Below, piece by piece: positions 1 through 11,255 of a stretch of DNA of 64,000 nucleotides (positions are counted from its first letter, which is position 1; every line of letters begins with the position of its first letter). A model generated the notes under the pieces. The model was not told the origin of the DNA. It was given only the letters and a program-made list of their open reading frames with translations, and ran no database searches. The position numbers were made by a program, and so were the translations under genes. The stretch comes from Candidatus Dormiibacterota bacterium (GTDB lineage: Bacteria; Chloroflexota; Dormibacteria; Aeolococcales; Bog-877): NCBI GenBank assembly GCA_049591595.1, contig JBAWFE010000045.1, positions 15,089 to 79,088 of the forward strand, in the 5' to 3' direction.

Positions 1-1
1 C

Positions 2-2155
2 GGCCTCATGGGATCCCTGGCAACTTTCGCCCGAGTCAACGACTTCGGCTTCATCGAGACCCCCTTCCGGAGGGTCTACCGGCATTTGCAAGTTGCCGGA
101 GACAAGGCGCTGCTCGAAGGAAGGGTCCTCGACCAGGCGGCGGCCGGGGTCGCGGCCGGAACCAGGCTCGACGCCGTCGCGGTCAAGAAGCTGGAGAAGA
201 GCAAGGTCGAGCGTATCGACATTCAGCCCTGGGTGAGCACGGAGATCCAGTTCCTCTCGGCAGACGAGGAGGACAAGTACACAGTCGCTCAGGCCAACGC
301 TCCGGTCTCTACCGATGGCGACTTCCTGGTCACCCACACCCCCGCCCGTACCAGGCACACCTTTAAAGATGTGCCGGTCGGTGAGGTCGACTGGGTCGAC
401 GTCTCGCCCAAGCAGACAGTCTCGGTGGCGACCGCGATGATCCCCTTCCTGGAGCATGACGACGCCAACCGGGCTCTGATGGGATCGAACATGCAGCGCC
501 AGGCGGTGCCGCTGATCACCACCGATTCCCCGGTAGTCGGCACGGGCATGGAGGTCTACGCGGCCAAGGACAGCGGCGAGCTGATCGTGGCCAAGACCGC
601 CGGCACGGTGGTGGGCGTCAACGTCCCCATCCGCGACATCACCTCGGACTCGGTCCAGATTGTGCGCAGCGGCCAGGACAGTGGACTCGGCATTCTCTTC
701 AAGCCCGACGGCAAGGGGCCCGAGGTCTGGTACGGCGTCCACAAGTTCGTGCGCAGCAACCAAGGCACCTGCCTCAGCCAGCGGATCGTGGTCAGCCCGG
801 GCGACCATGTCGTGGCCGGAACGGTGCTGGCCGATGGCCCCTCTACTGATCGGGGCGAGTTGGCGCTCGGTCAGAACGTGCTGGTCGCCTTCATGCCCTG
901 GGAGGGCTACAACTACGAGGACGCCATCCTGATCAGCGAGTCGGTGGTGCGCGAGGACAAGTACACCTCCATCCACATCGAGGAGTTCGAGGTCGAGGTC
1001 CGCGAGACCAAGTTGGGCCCCGAGGAAGTGACCAGGGAGCTCCCCAATGTCGGCGAGGAGAGTCTGCGCAACCTGGACGAGCGAGGCATCGTCTACGTCG
1101 GCGCCGAGGTCGCCCCGGGCGACATCCTGGTGGGCAAGACCACTCCCAAGGGCGAGTCCGAGCTCTCCGCCGAGGAGCGCCTCTTGCGGGCCATCTTCGG
1201 GGAGAAGGCCAAGGAGGTTCGGGACAGCTCGCTTCGGGTGCCCCACGGGGAGCGCGGCGTGGTGGTGGACGTCAAGAAGTTCAGCCGCTCCAACAAAGAC
1301 GAGCTCCCCGCGGGAGTAAACGAGCTGATCCGGATCTATGTCGCCCAGAAGCGAAAGATCAGTCAAGGCGACAAGATGGCGGGCCGCCACGGCAACAAGG
1401 GCGTGATCGCTCGGATCTTGCCGATCGAAGACCTGCCGTTCTTGCCGGATGGCACCCCGGTCGAGATCGTGCTCAACCCGTTGGGGGTGCCCAGCCGGAT
1501 GAACCTGGGCCAGGTGCTGGAGACCCATCTTGGTTGGGCCGCCGAGGCGCTAGGGATCAAGGTGGCGACCCCCGTGTTCGACGGAGCCTCAGAGGCCCAG
1601 ATCGAAGACGAGCTGGAGCGGGCGGGGCTGCCGCGAGACGGCAAGGTGATGCTCCGCGACGGTCGCTCCGGCGAGGCCTTCGACCAGCCGGTGACGGTCG
1701 GGATCATCTACATGATGAAGCTGGCCCACCTGGTCGAGGACAAGATCCACGCCCGGAGCACAGGCCCCTACAGCCTGGTCACCCAGCAGCCGCTGGGTGG
1801 TAAGGCCCAGTTCGGGGGTCAGCGCTTCGGCGAGATGGAGGTTTGGGCGCTTGAGGCGTACGGGGCGAGCCACATCCTCCAGGAAATTCTGACCATCAAA
1901 TCTGACGACATCGTGGGCCGGGTCAAGGCCTACGAGGCGATCGTCAAGGGCGACAACACCCTCGACGCCGGGATCCCGGAATCGTTCCGAGTACTGGTCA
2001 AGGAGTTGGAGGGCCTGGCTCTCGGCGTGGAGATCATGTCCGAGAACGAAGAACAGATCGTGTTCACGGAGGATGACATGCCCGACATGCCGCTGGGCCT
2101 GGGAATCAACCTGGAACGCGACGAACGAGATGACGCCGAGGACATCAGCAGATAG
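2..2155 (+). CDS. rpoB: DNA-directed RNA polymerase beta subunit, C-terminal ~717 aa (5' end lies outside the window)
   Basis: Open frame from the window edge. Translation carries conserved RpoB C-terminal regions ([47 protein letters not shown]). Followed by rpoC. Confidence 0.97.
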   Translation, partial: GLMGSLATFARVNDFGFIETPFRRVYRHLQVAGDKALLEGRVLDQAAAGVAAGTRLDAVAVKKLEKSKVERIDIQPWVSTEIQFLSADEEDKYTVAQANAPVSTDGDFLVTHTPARTRHTFKDVPVGEVDWVDVSPKQTVSVATAMIPFLEHDDANRALMGSNMQRQAVPLITTDSPVVGTGMEVYAAKDSGELIVAKTAGTVVGVNVPIRDITSDSVQIVRSGQDSGLGILFKPDGKGPEVWYGVHKFVRSNQGTCLSQRIVVSPGDHVVAGTVLADGPSTDRGELALGQNVLVAFMPWEGYNYEDAILISESVVREDKYTSIHIEEFEVEVRETKLGPEEVTRELPNVGEESLRNLDERGIVYVGAEVAPGDILVGKTTPKGESELSAEERLLRAIFGEKAKEVRDSSLRVPHGERGVVVDVKKFSRSNKDELPAGVNELIRIYVAQKRKISQGDKMAGRHGNKGVIARILPIEDLPFLPDGTPVEIVLNPLGVPSRMNLGQVLETHLGWAAEALGIKVATPVFDGASEAQIEDELERAGLPRDGKVMLRDGRSGEAFDQPVTVGIIYMMKLAHLVEDKIHARSTGPYSLVTQQPLGGKAQFGGQRFGEMEVWALEAYGASHILQEILTIKSDDIVGRVKAYEAIVKGDNTLDAGIPESFRVLVKELEGLALGVEIMSENEEQIVFTEDDMPDMPLGLGINLERDERDDAEDISR

Positions 2156-2245
2156 GCGTGATCCTCCTCTCGACTAACCCAACTAGGCCCGCGAGGCCTA
2201 TCCGACCGATCCCTATCCACCCCTTCGTCAGGAGGCGGACAAGCA

Positions 2246-5200
2246 GTGCTCAAGCTTGAGAACTTCGATGCCCTGAAGCTTTCACTCGCCAGCCCGGAGA
2301 TGATCCTCTCCTGGTCGCATGGCGAGGTGACCAAGCCCGAAACCATTAACTACCGGACGCTCCGCCCGGAGCGCGACGGTCTCTTCTGCGAGAAGATTTT
2401 CGGTCCCACCAAGGACTGGGAGTGCCACTGTGGCAAGTACAAGCGGTACCGCTACAAGGGCATCATCTGTGACAAGTGCGGGGTCGAGGTGACTCGGAGC
2501 AAGGTCCGCCGCGAGCGGATGGGTCACATCCGGCTGGCTAGTCCCGTCTCCCACGTCTGGTACTTCAAGGGCATCCCGAGCCGCCTGGGCCTGCTGCTGG
2601 ACATGTCTCCACGCAACTTGGAGAAGGTCCTTTACTTCGCCAACTACATCGTCACCCGGATAGACGAGGACCAGCGAACCAAGGAGTTGGAGGCCCTGGA
2701 TCCGGAGCGTAGCGACCGCATCAAGGAGCTCCGCCAAGCAGCCAGCGAGCAGTCGGAGGAGCGGGTCCGGAGCACCGAGCAGCGGATCGCCGAGCTGGAG
2801 AGCACCAGCCAGGCCGAACTCGACTCGCTCCAGTCGGCCGCCGAGGGCCGGCGCCAGGAGTTGGAGAAGGGCGCCGAGCAGCTCTCCGAGCGGATCGGGG
2901 CCGCGGTGGGCCGAAAGGCCCCCACCGACTTTGTGGTCAAGGACGGCACTGAGAAGTTGCTGGTTGCCAAGAAGGGCACCCCGCTCACCGAGGAGCACCA
3001 GGAGCAGCTCAAGGAGCTGGTCGCAGCGCGGGTGTCTGAAATCTCGGCCGAGTCTGACGCATTGATCAACGCCGCCCGCGAGCGGGCCGGATCGGAGATC
3101 GCGGCGGCCCGTATCGAGTTGTCCGAGCACCAGTCGGGCGGCGGGTCCGCCGGCGACGAGGAGCTCAGTGCCCTGCGGGCCGAGCTGGAGGACACCCGCA
3201 CCAAGCTGGAGGCGCTGACCGTCCGTCAGCTGCTCAGCGACAGCGAGTACCGCGAGTACATCGAGAAGTTCCCCAAGGTCTTCCACGCCGCCATGGGCGC
3301 GGCGGCGGTTAAGGAGATGCTGGAGGGCCTCGACCTGACCGCCGAGGCGACCCATCTCCGCGAGGAGTTGCTCTCCACCAGCGGGCAGCGCAAGCAGAAG
3401 GCCATAAAGCGCCTTCGAGTGGTCGAGGCGTTCCGCTCCAGCGAGACGGCTCCCACCTGGATGATCCTCGAGGTGCTGCCGGTGATCCCCCCGGAGCTGC
3501 GACCGATGGTCCAGCTCGATGGCGGCCGGTTTGCCACGTCTGACCTCAACGACCTCTACCGCCGGGTGATCAACCGCAACAACCGGTTGAAGAGGCTGCT
3601 CGAATTGGGAGCCCCCGAGATCATCGTTCGCAACGAGAAGCGGATGCTCCAAGAGGCGGTTGACGCTCTGATCGACAACGGCCGTCGGGGCCGCGCCATC
3701 ACCGGAACGGGAAACCGCAAGCTGAAGTCGCTGAGCGACATGCTCAAGGGGAAGCAGGGGCGATTCCGCCAGAACCTCCTGGGCAAGCGAGTCGACTACA
3801 GCGGTCGGTCGGTGATCGTGGTCGGTCCGGAGCTCAAGCTCAACCAGTGCGGCCTGCCTAAGCGGATGGCTCTCGAGCTCTTCAAGCCGTTCGTCATGCG
3901 GGAGTTGGTGGAGAAGGGCTTCACCCAGAACATCAAGAGCGCCAAGCGGATGGTCGAGCGAGCCCGCCCGGAGGTATGGGACGTCCTGGACGAAGTGATC
4001 CAGGACCACCCGGTGCTGCTCAACCGCGCTCCTACCCTGCATCGTCTGGGCATCCAGGCTTTCATGCCGGTGCTGGTGGAGGGGTCGGCGATTCAGATCC
4101 ATCCACTGGTCTGCACCGCCTTCAACGCTGACTTCGACGGCGACCAGATGGCGGTTCACGTGCCGCTCTTCAGCGGGGCCATCGCTGAGGCCAAGAACCT
4201 GATGATGTCCTCCAACAACATCCTCTCGGCGAGCGACGGCAACCCTGTAGTGGCGCCGACCCAGGACATGGTCCTCGGCTCCTACTGGCTGACCATGCTG
4301 CGCACGCCGTTGGAAGTCGACGATCCCCAGAAGCTGCGCCGCTACAGCTCTCCTGACGAGGTGCTGCTGGCCTTTGACAACGGGGTCATCGAAGCCCACG
4401 AGCCGATTCAGGTCAGGGTGCCACGCCGGGTGCTGGAATCAGTTCCCCAAGGGGAGGATGCCGAGGCGCCCGTGGCGCTGGTGACCACTCCGGGGCGGGT
4501 CATCTTCAACGAGGTTCTCCCGCTAGGCCGGGAGGTCCGCGAGGGTGCCGAGGGGCAGGCGATGGTGTTCCAGAACCAGGTCTTCGACCGCAAGGAGCTG
4601 CGGGCGCTGGTGGCCGACTGCTTCCGTCTCTACGGGAACCAGGTCACGGCGGACATGGTGAACGACATCAAGCGTCTTGGCTTCGACTACGCCACCAAGT
4701 CGGGCGTGACCCTCTCCGCCATGGACATCAAAACCCCTCCGGAGAAGGCCGGGATCATCGCCGGCGCGGACAAAGCGGTTGACGAGGTCGGCCTGCAACA
4801 CCGCCGCGGTCTGATCACCGAGGACGAGCGCTACGCCAAGACGGTGGAGATCTGGACGCAGGCGACGGAGTCGGTTACCCAGGCCACCATGGCGCACTTC
4901 GATCCCCTCAGTTCGGTGCTGATGATGTCCCAGTCAGGTGCCCGCGGCACCTACCAGCAGATCCGCCAGCTAGCCGGCATGCGCGGACTGATGGCCGACC
5001 CCACCGGGCGGATCATCGACATGCCGATCAAGGCCAATTTTTCCGAGGGACTGGAAGTGTTGGAGTACTTCATCTCCACCCACGGGGCTCGCAAGGGCCT
5101 GGCCGACACCGCGCTCAGAACCGCCGACTCGGGTTATCTGACCCGCCGTCTGGTGGACGTGGCCCAGGACGTGATCGTCCGCGAGGAGGATTGCGGCACC

Positions 5201-6613
5201 ACCGGTGGCATCTGGCTCTCCGACCTCAGTGCCGAGGGCGAGCCGTTCATGGAGCGGCTGGCCGGACGGATCACGGCAGCCGATGTTGTCGGTCCAGACG
5301 GCAAGACGGTGCTAGCTGGCGGGGAGGAGATCACCGACTCCCTGGCCCGGCAGATCGCCGAACTCCAGGTGCCCCGGGTCCGGGTGCGCAGCGTGCTCAC
5401 CTGCAGCGCCAAGAGCGGCGTCTGCCGCTACTGCTACGGACGAAATCTGGCGACGGGCAGGCTGGTCGAGATCGGGGAGGCGGTGGGAGTCATCGCCGCC
5501 CAGTCAATCGGTGAGCCGGGGACCCAGCTGACGATGCGAACCTTTCATACAGGAGGGGTCGCCGGACTCGACATCACCCAGGGTCTGCCCCGGGTCGAGG
5601 AGCTCTTCGAAGCCCGAATCCCCAAGGGCAAGGCCATCCTGGCTGAGTCCGCCGGACGGGTGGAGGTGATCCGGGGCGACACCGGCCGCAAGGTGCGGGT
5701 CGTCAGCCACGAGGAGTTCGACGTCACCCATCCGGTCGAGAAGGGCATGGCCCTGGACTCCGCGGTGGAGGAGGGCGCGGTCGTAACCGAGGGTCAGCTG
5801 CTGGCCCGCGCCACCAAGGACGGCCAGCTGGCCACGGTCATGGCTCGCATCGGCGGGCGGGTGACCCATGCCAAGGTGGGCCGCTCAGGCGGAGAGATCA
5901 GGATCCGAGCACTCGACGAGGAGGTCAAGGAGTACCCGATCCCCCACGGCGCTCAGATGCGAGTCGGCGACGACGACGAGGTGCGAGCGGGAGATGCCTT
6001 GACCGTCGGGTCGATCAGTCCCCAGGAGCTGCTCTACATCTCCGGTCGCGAGGCGGTCCAGGACTACCTAGTCCGGGAGGTCCAGCGGGTCTATCGCTCC
6101 CAGGGGGTCGACATCAACGACAAGCACATCGAGGTGATCGTCCGCCAGATGATGCGCAAGGTGCGGGTCGAGTCAGGTGGCGACACCGAGTTGCTTCCTG
6201 GCGAGATCATCTCGCAGCTGGAGTACGACGAGGCGAACGCCCAGGTTCTGGCCGAGGGTGGCGAGCCGGCAATCGCCGCGACCGTCCTGCTGGGGCTGAT
6301 CAAGGCGGCCCTCAACACGGCGAGCTGGCTCTCGGCAGCCTCCTTCCAGGAGACGACCAGGGTCCTCACCGAGGCCGCCATCTCGGGCAAGGTCGACCGG
6401 CTCCGCGGCCTCAAGGAGAACGTGATCATCGGCAAGTTGATCCCGGCCGGAACCGGGCTTGACTACTACCGCAAGCTGCGTGAAGAAGCGGTGCGCTACC
6501 TCGAGGAGGGCAAGGCTCTGCCGGAGGGCGCAGTCGCGGACGGTGGCGAAATCTCCGACGAATTCGAGGATGCCGAGGTGGTGCTCCCGACCCTGGACCA
6601 GGTCAGCGACTGA
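2246..6613 (+). CDS. rpoC: DNA-directed RNA polymerase beta-prime subunit, 1455 aa, with an enlarged lineage-specific coiled-coil insertion
   Basis: GTG start. Zn-binding [37 protein letters not shown] catalytic motif, trigger-loop/bridge-helix regions, canonical position after rpoB. Confidence 0.97.
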   Translation: MLKLENFDALKLSLASPEMILSWSHGEVTKPETINYRTLRPERDGLFCEKIFGPTKDWECHCGKYKRYRYKGIICDKCGVEVTRSKVRRERMGHIRLASPVSHVWYFKGIPSRLGLLLDMSPRNLEKVLYFANYIVTRIDEDQRTKELEALDPERSDRIKELRQAASEQSEERVRSTEQRIAELESTSQAELDSLQSAAEGRRQELEKGAEQLSERIGAAVGRKAPTDFVVKDGTEKLLVAKKGTPLTEEHQEQLKELVAARVSEISAESDALINAARERAGSEIAAARIELSEHQSGGGSAGDEELSALRAELEDTRTKLEALTVRQLLSDSEYREYIEKFPKVFHAAMGAAAVKEMLEGLDLTAEATHLREELLSTSGQRKQKAIKRLRVVEAFRSSETAPTWMILEVLPVIPPELRPMVQLDGGRFATSDLNDLYRRVINRNNRLKRLLELGAPEIIVRNEKRMLQEAVDALIDNGRRGRAITGTGNRKLKSLSDMLKGKQGRFRQNLLGKRVDYSGRSVIVVGPELKLNQCGLPKRMALELFKPFVMRELVEKGFTQNIKSAKRMVERARPEVWDVLDEVIQDHPVLLNRAPTLHRLGIQAFMPVLVEGSAIQIHPLVCTAFNADFDGDQMAVHVPLFSGAIAEAKNLMMSSNNILSASDGNPVVAPTQDMVLGSYWLTMLRTPLEVDDPQKLRRYSSPDEVLLAFDNGVIEAHEPIQVRVPRRVLESVPQGEDAEAPVALVTTPGRVIFNEVLPLGREVREGAEGQAMVFQNQVFDRKELRALVADCFRLYGNQVTADMVNDIKRLGFDYATKSGVTLSAMDIKTPPEKAGIIAGADKAVDEVGLQHRRGLITEDERYAKTVEIWTQATESVTQATMAHFDPLSSVLMMSQSGARGTYQQIRQLAGMRGLMADPTGRIIDMPIKANFSEGLEVLEYFISTHGARKGLADTALRTADSGYLTRRLVDVAQDVIVREEDCGTTGGIWLSDLSAEGEPFMERLAGRITAADVVGPDGKTVLAGGEEITDSLARQIAELQVPRVRVRSVLTCSAKSGVCRYCYGRNLATGRLVEIGEAVGVIAAQSIGEPGTQLTMRTFHTGGVAGLDITQGLPRVEELFEARIPKGKAILAESAGRVEVIRGDTGRKVRVVSHEEFDVTHPVEKGMALDSAVEEGAVVTEGQLLARATKDGQLATVMARIGGRVTHAKVGRSGGEIRIRALDEEVKEYPIPHGAQMRVGDDDEVRAGDALTVGSISPQELLYISGREAVQDYLVREVQRVYRSQGVDINDKHIEVIVRQMMRKVRVESGGDTELLPGEIISQLEYDEANAQVLAEGGEPAIAATVLLGLIKAALNTASWLSAASFQETTRVLTEAAISGKVDRLRGLKENVIIGKLIPAGTGLDYYRKLREEAVRYLEEGKALPEGAVADGGEISDEFEDAEVVLPTLDQVSD

Positions 6614-6637
6614 GCGCGGGCCCTACCGGGCCCGCGC
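6614..6637. terminator. Perfect 10-bp GC hairpin (GCGCGGGCCC-TACC-GGGCCCGCGC) between the convergent rpoC and aminotransferase genes; candidate bidirectional terminator without a U-tract
   Basis: Inverted repeat read directly. Lies between the rpoC stop (6611-6613) and the minus-strand stop at 6677-6679. Confidence 0.45.
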
Positions 6638-6676
6638 CGCTAGCTGTCCGACGCGAGGGTGGTTAGACCCTTCCGA

Positions 6677-8053
6677 TTACCCGCGGAGCTCTTTGGCGAG
6701 GGCCGAGAAGTTGTCCACGAAACGCTGAACATCGCCCTCGGAATGTTGCACCGAGACAGTCCAGTTCTCCTCGGCGCCGGGGGCCATGAGCACGCCCCGA
6801 TTGGATTGGAAGAGCCAGGACAAGTAGGCCATCGACTTGTCCGTTTCCAGGTAATCACGGTAATTCCGAACCCGCTCAGCCCGGTAGGTCAAACCGCCAC
6901 GCGCGCCCATGGTGATGGCGTGGAATGGCAGCTCGTGCTCGGTGATCACCTGGTCCAGCCCCCCTTGGAGGATCTCCCCGAGGGCGTCGAAGTGCGAGTA
7001 GGCCATGGGGGTCAGGATCTCGGTGAGGGTGACCCGCGACGCGGCCATGGTGAGTGCGTTCCCGTTGAAGGTCCCCATCTGACTGACCCGACCCTCTGAG
7101 ATCAGAGCCATGACGTCCGCGCGCCCGCCGACCGCCCCGCAAGGCAGCCCGCCCCCGATCGCCTTGGCCAAACAGACGATGTCGGGCGAGACCCCGAAGC
7201 GGCCGGTTGCGCCTCCTGGGGCCAGGGTCACTCCCGTCTTGACCTCGTCGAAGACCAGCAAAGCCCCATGGCGGTGGGCTAGCTCCTTGAGCCCGTCTAG
7301 ATAGCCGGTCTCGGGAATGACGATCCCCACGTTCATCATCGCCGGCTCCACGATGATGCAGGCGATCTGGCCAGGATTCCGCTCGAATCCGGCGGCTGCT
7401 GCTGCCAGATCATTGAAGGGCACCACCGTGACCAGCTCGACCACGGAGTGGGGGATGCCCTCGCTTTGGGGCACCGAGTTGGGCGACTCAGCGGGTCCCA
7501 TCTTCTCAGGACTCGGCTCCACCGAGACCATCAGCGAGTCGTGATGGCCGTGGTAGGTTGCCTCGATTTTCATGATGCCCTCGCGACCGGTGAAGCCGCG
7601 AGCGAGGCGGACTGCGTCGAGCGTGCTTTCGGTGCCGCTGTTGGTGAACCGCCACTGGGGCAGGCCGAAGCGGCTGGCCAGCTCCTCCGCGACCACCACA
7701 AAGTCCTCACCAGGCTGGGCAAAGTGCGAACCCTGCCTGATCCTTTGGCTAACCGCTTCGACGATCTTGGGGTTGGCATGTCCGACCACGTTGACCCCGA
7801 ATCCGTTGTGAAAGTCCACGTACTCGTTGCCGTCGGCGTCCCAAACCAAACTGCCCTGTCCTCGGTCGATGAAGACGGGGAACGGCGGACTGTCCTGGAA
7901 GGACGACGGCACCCCTCCCGGGCTGTGGCGCTCCGCCCGATGCACCAGCTCGAGCGACTTTTGGCGAGCCGCCTTGAAGACGTTCTCCTCTCGCTCGGTG
8001 AGCTCGGCGATTCGTCCGGGGTCGACTGGTTGCGGGGTGGGGGAAGTAGTCAT
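6677..8053 (-). CDS. Class-III PLP aminotransferase of the glutamate-1-semialdehyde 2,1-aminomutase-like type
   Basis: 458 aa. FDEVKTG PLP-lysine motif and GSAM-like N-terminal region. Co-oriented downstream of the permease. Confidence 0.8.
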   Translation of the reverse strand: MTTSPTPQPVDPGRIAELTEREENVFKAARQKSLELVHRAERHSPGGVPSSFQDSPPFPVFIDRGQGSLVWDADGNEYVDFHNGFGVNVVGHANPKIVEAVSQRIRQGSHFAQPGEDFVVVAEELASRFGLPQWRFTNSGTESTLDAVRLARGFTGREGIMKIEATYHGHHDSLMVSVEPSPEKMGPAESPNSVPQSEGIPHSVVELVTVVPFNDLAAAAAGFERNPGQIACIIVEPAMMNVGIVIPETGYLDGLKELAHRHGALLVFDEVKTGVTLAPGGATGRFGVSPDIVCLAKAIGGGLPCGAVGGRADVMALISEGRVSQMGTFNGNALTMAASRVTLTEILTPMAYSHFDALGEILQGGLDQVITEHELPFHAITMGARGGLTYRAERVRNYRDYLETDKSMAYLSWLFQSNRGVLMAPGAEENWTVSVQHSEGDVQRFVDNFSALAKELRG

Positions 8054-8125
8054 GGATGCCTCCGATAGGCCTCGGACAGCGCCGCCGGCAGTCGGGCAGC
8101 GACCCGACCTGAGAGCGACCTGAGG

Positions 8126-9598
8126 TTACTCCGCTTTGTAACTCACCGTGGGCCGGTGAAAGAAGTCCGACTTGGACAGAAGCCGAGCTAGGATCACCAA
8201 GGGAATGCCCAGGCCGAACGTGACGATGATGGGCATCGAGTAGCCGATTCCGGACTGGGCGATCACTTGATACATCACCCAGAACAGGAAGATCCCTCCC
8301 AGCAGCGGCAGAAGTCCGGCCAAGAGCAAATTGACCGGTGATTTGAAGAGGATGTGCCGGTACGCCCAGGCGCATGCCAGCCCGGTGATCCCGTAGTAGA
8401 AGGCAACCAGCACTCCGATGTTGCCGATCAATCCACCGAAAGTCCCGCTAACCGTGGGGGAGAGGGTGGTGATCAGCAGGCCGATGCAGGCGATCAGGGC
8501 CAGAACGAAAGTTCCTTGGGCCGGAGTGTGGAAGCGTGGGCTGATCTTGCCGAAGAATTTGGGTAGGACGCCGTCTCGAGCCATGGAATAAGTGACTCGG
8601 GAGGCGGGGAGCAGAGTCGTCTGAGTGGTGGCGACGGTAGAGCTGAGGATCGCCACCAGCATGAGATAGTTCCATGGAGCTGGCGCCAGCCGCTGGGCGA
8701 AGAAGAAGAGGAGGTTGCCCCCCTCCTTGTTCATGACATGGAGCGGCAGCAGCGACTGCATGGCGGTGGCGTTGATCAAAAAGATCACCAGCAGGATGAA
8801 CATGCTGAGGATGCCTGCGATTCCCGGGCTGGTGTCGCCGTTCTCGGACTCCTCGTTAAGGTTGGCCGCTGTATCCCAACCCCAGAAGAAGAAGACTCCC
8901 AGCGCGGCTCCGATGGCGAGCCCATCGATGCCACCCACGGAGCCGGGGCTGAACCAGCTGAGTGAAAAACCTCGGGACCCGGCGGGATGGGCGGCGAATG
9001 CCCGCACCAGCCCGGTAATGGAAAACGCGAGGACCACCAGGTACTCCAGCCCCACCATCACCCATTGAAAATTGGCGGTGAGGCGGATTCCGTAGATCAC
9101 CATGGCACTGACAAAAATCAGCCATACGAGGCCGATCAGAGCGGTGAGCAGGGTGCTGCTGGCGGTCTTCCCGTTGATCCACCCGAACGACTCGAACAAG
9201 CCCAGCGTGTTGGCGCCGGCTAGGGCTGGAGCGGCAATGCAAAAGAGCACGCTGGCGGCCGTCTGCACCCATCCGTTGAACCAACCGATGTAAGGGTTCA
9301 TGGTCCGGGCTAGCCAGGCGTACGACGCCCCACAGTCCGGATCGCGACGGTTCATGAAGTAGTACGCGATGGCGATGCACAGCACCGGGATGAAACTGAT
9401 CAGGATCATGGCCGGCGTGCCGAAGCCCACCGCGGCCACCAGCAGGAAGGTGGTGGCCGCGATGGTGTAGGCGGGTGCCACGCTGGCTACCGCGATCGCC
9501 GTCGTGTCGAAGAGACTGAGGATGTTGCCGCGGAGCTGTGGCTCCTCGGCGCTCACCCGTCGCTCGAACCCCCCGACCGGGGCGCTGGTGACGTCCAC
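8126..9598 (-). CDS. APC-superfamily amino acid/polyamine permease
   Basis: 490 aa, 12 predicted TM helices, APC-like motifs (FGTPAMILISFIP... GWFNGW). Confidence 0.8.
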   Translation of the reverse strand: MDVTSAPVGGFERRVSAEEPQLRGNILSLFDTTAIAVASVAPAYTIAATTFLLVAAVGFGTPAMILISFIPVLCIAIAYYFMNRRDPDCGASYAWLARTMNPYIGWFNGWVQTAASVLFCIAAPALAGANTLGLFESFGWINGKTASSTLLTALIGLVWLIFVSAMVIYGIRLTANFQWVMVGLEYLVVLAFSITGLVRAFAAHPAGSRGFSLSWFSPGSVGGIDGLAIGAALGVFFFWGWDTAANLNEESENGDTSPGIAGILSMFILLVIFLINATAMQSLLPLHVMNKEGGNLLFFFAQRLAPAPWNYLMLVAILSSTVATTQTTLLPASRVTYSMARDGVLPKFFGKISPRFHTPAQGTFVLALIACIGLLITTLSPTVSGTFGGLIGNIGVLVAFYYGITGLACAWAYRHILFKSPVNLLLAGLLPLLGGIFLFWVMYQVIAQSGIGYSMPIIVTFGLGIPLVILARLLSKSDFFHRPTVSYKAE

Positions 9599-9781
9599 TG
9601 CGGGCCAACTCTAGTCGCCGCAGTGGAGAGCGTCTATGTCGACAGCACCCACAGTTCCCGGCGACGCGCTGTGCGCAGTGCACAACCGACCACAGGGTCA
9701 CGTTACCGGGTAGGATGGCCGCCGCATGAGCTGTCGCCAGGCTGGGTTGAGAACGAGCTCGGGCGAGTTGGACCCTGAGCC

Positions 9782-11185
9782 ATGGGGGTAGCGACTCCAG
9801 TCGGTGCAGTAGGTCAGGACTCGATCAGTTTCTGGTTGGATTCGATCGGCCCGGTCGCACCGAGGCCCAGCCTCGAGGGTGAGCTCAAAGTTGATGTCGC
9901 CGTCGTGGGTGCGGGTTTCACAGGACTCTGGACCGCGTACGAGCTCCAGCGTCGGGACCCCAGCCTGCAGATCGCGGTCCTGGAGGGCGAGGTGGCAGGC
10001 TTCGGGGCCTCGGGCAGGAACGGAAGCTGGTGCGTACCTGAGCTCAACGCCGGGATTGACTTGCTCCGAAAACGGTTCGGTGAGGAGCGAGCGGTCGCGG
10101 TGCTTCGGGAGCTGTCCACCACCTTGGGCGAGGTCGGGGGGTCATTCGAGGAAGAGGGGATCGACGCCGGCTTTGACCGTTCCGGGGTGCTGCTTCTAGC
10201 GAGGGGGCAGTATCAGCTGCCGCTGCTAGAGGATCACCTCAAGTCATACCGCTCGATCGGGATGGACGGGGAATACGTCTGGCTGGACCGTGAAGCGGCT
10301 CGGTCTCGGCTCAATGTGACCGGGATGGAGGCCGCCCTCTACACCCCGAACGGAGCGACCCTCCATCCGGGTCGGGCGGTCAAAGGGCTGGCGGGGGCCG
10401 TCGAGCGGCGAGGCGCGACGATCTACGAGGGCACCCGAGTGACTCGAGTACGAACTGGTCGCCAGGCGCTGGTCGAGACCGAGCGGGGCCGAGTTCGGGC
10501 CACGGTCGTCGTGCTCGCTGTGGAGGCATACCTCAGCCAACTTCCGGGGTACCACCGTCGGGTCCTCCCCATCTACTCCTTGATCACCCTCACCGAGCCG
10601 CTCAGCGACCAACAGTTGGCCAGCGTCAACTGGACGACCGGCATGTGCGTCGCCTCGATGCGGCTCACCGTCGACTATCTGGCCCGTACCGAGGACGGGA
10701 GGATTCTGGTCGGTGGGCGCGGCGCGCCTTATCAGTTCGGTTCCCGGATCACCGCAGCTAATGAGCACCACGCAGCGACCCACTCCAGCCTCCAGCGGCT
10801 GTTCGGGGAATGGTTCCCCCAGCTACGGGGGGTTCGCTTCACCCACTCTTGGGGCGGAGTGTTGGGCATGCCCAGGGACTGGATCCCTCAGTTCGGTTTT
10901 GACCGTGATCAGGGGCTGGCGTACGCCTACGGGTACACCGGACACGGGGTCGCCACCAGCAACTTGGCCGGTCGGACGCTGGCGGATCTGATCACCGATC
11001 GGCAGACCGCACTGACCACCCTTCCGCTGGTCGGGCACCGCTCACCCAATTGGGAACCGGAACCGCTCCGGTGGCTTGGAGTCAGGTACGTGCAGGGCGC
11101 GCTGGCTCGGCTGGATTCGAGCGGGGAACGGACCGGGAAACCGCTTCGCGGAGGGGTCGTGGCGCGGCGGCTGGCGGCCCATTGA
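9782..11185 (+). CDS. FAD-dependent oxidoreductase (DAO family; gamma-glutamylputrescine-oxidase PuuB/OrdL-like)
   Basis: N-terminal dinucleotide fold VAVVGAGFTGLWTA. 467 aa. Divergent from the permease. Confidence 0.75.
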   Translation: MGVATPVGAVGQDSISFWLDSIGPVAPRPSLEGELKVDVAVVGAGFTGLWTAYELQRRDPSLQIAVLEGEVAGFGASGRNGSWCVPELNAGIDLLRKRFGEERAVAVLRELSTTLGEVGGSFEEEGIDAGFDRSGVLLLARGQYQLPLLEDHLKSYRSIGMDGEYVWLDREAARSRLNVTGMEAALYTPNGATLHPGRAVKGLAGAVERRGATIYEGTRVTRVRTGRQALVETERGRVRATVVVLAVEAYLSQLPGYHRRVLPIYSLITLTEPLSDQQLASVNWTTGMCVASMRLTVDYLARTEDGRILVGGRGAPYQFGSRITAANEHHAATHSSLQRLFGEWFPQLRGVRFTHSWGGVLGMPRDWIPQFGFDRDQGLAYAYGYTGHGVATSNLAGRTLADLITDRQTALTTLPLVGHRSPNWEPEPLRWLGVRYVQGALARLDSSGERTGKPLRGGVVARRLAAH

Positions 11186-11255
11186 AGTCTCCGAGAGCTC
11201 GCACTTCCCGCCCCTACAATGGCCCCCTGGAGGGCCGATTGATAGGGAAGCAACG

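Noticed and set aside
2282-4399. 705-aa minus-strand ORF antisense to rpoC, with nested antisense ORFs at 2644-3204, 3226-3549, 3796-4065 and others
   Set aside because: It lies entirely opposite a highly conserved gene, has Arg/Ala/Gly/Leu-rich junk composition, and has no start context. It is the typical stop-codon-poor antisense frame of a high-GC genome.
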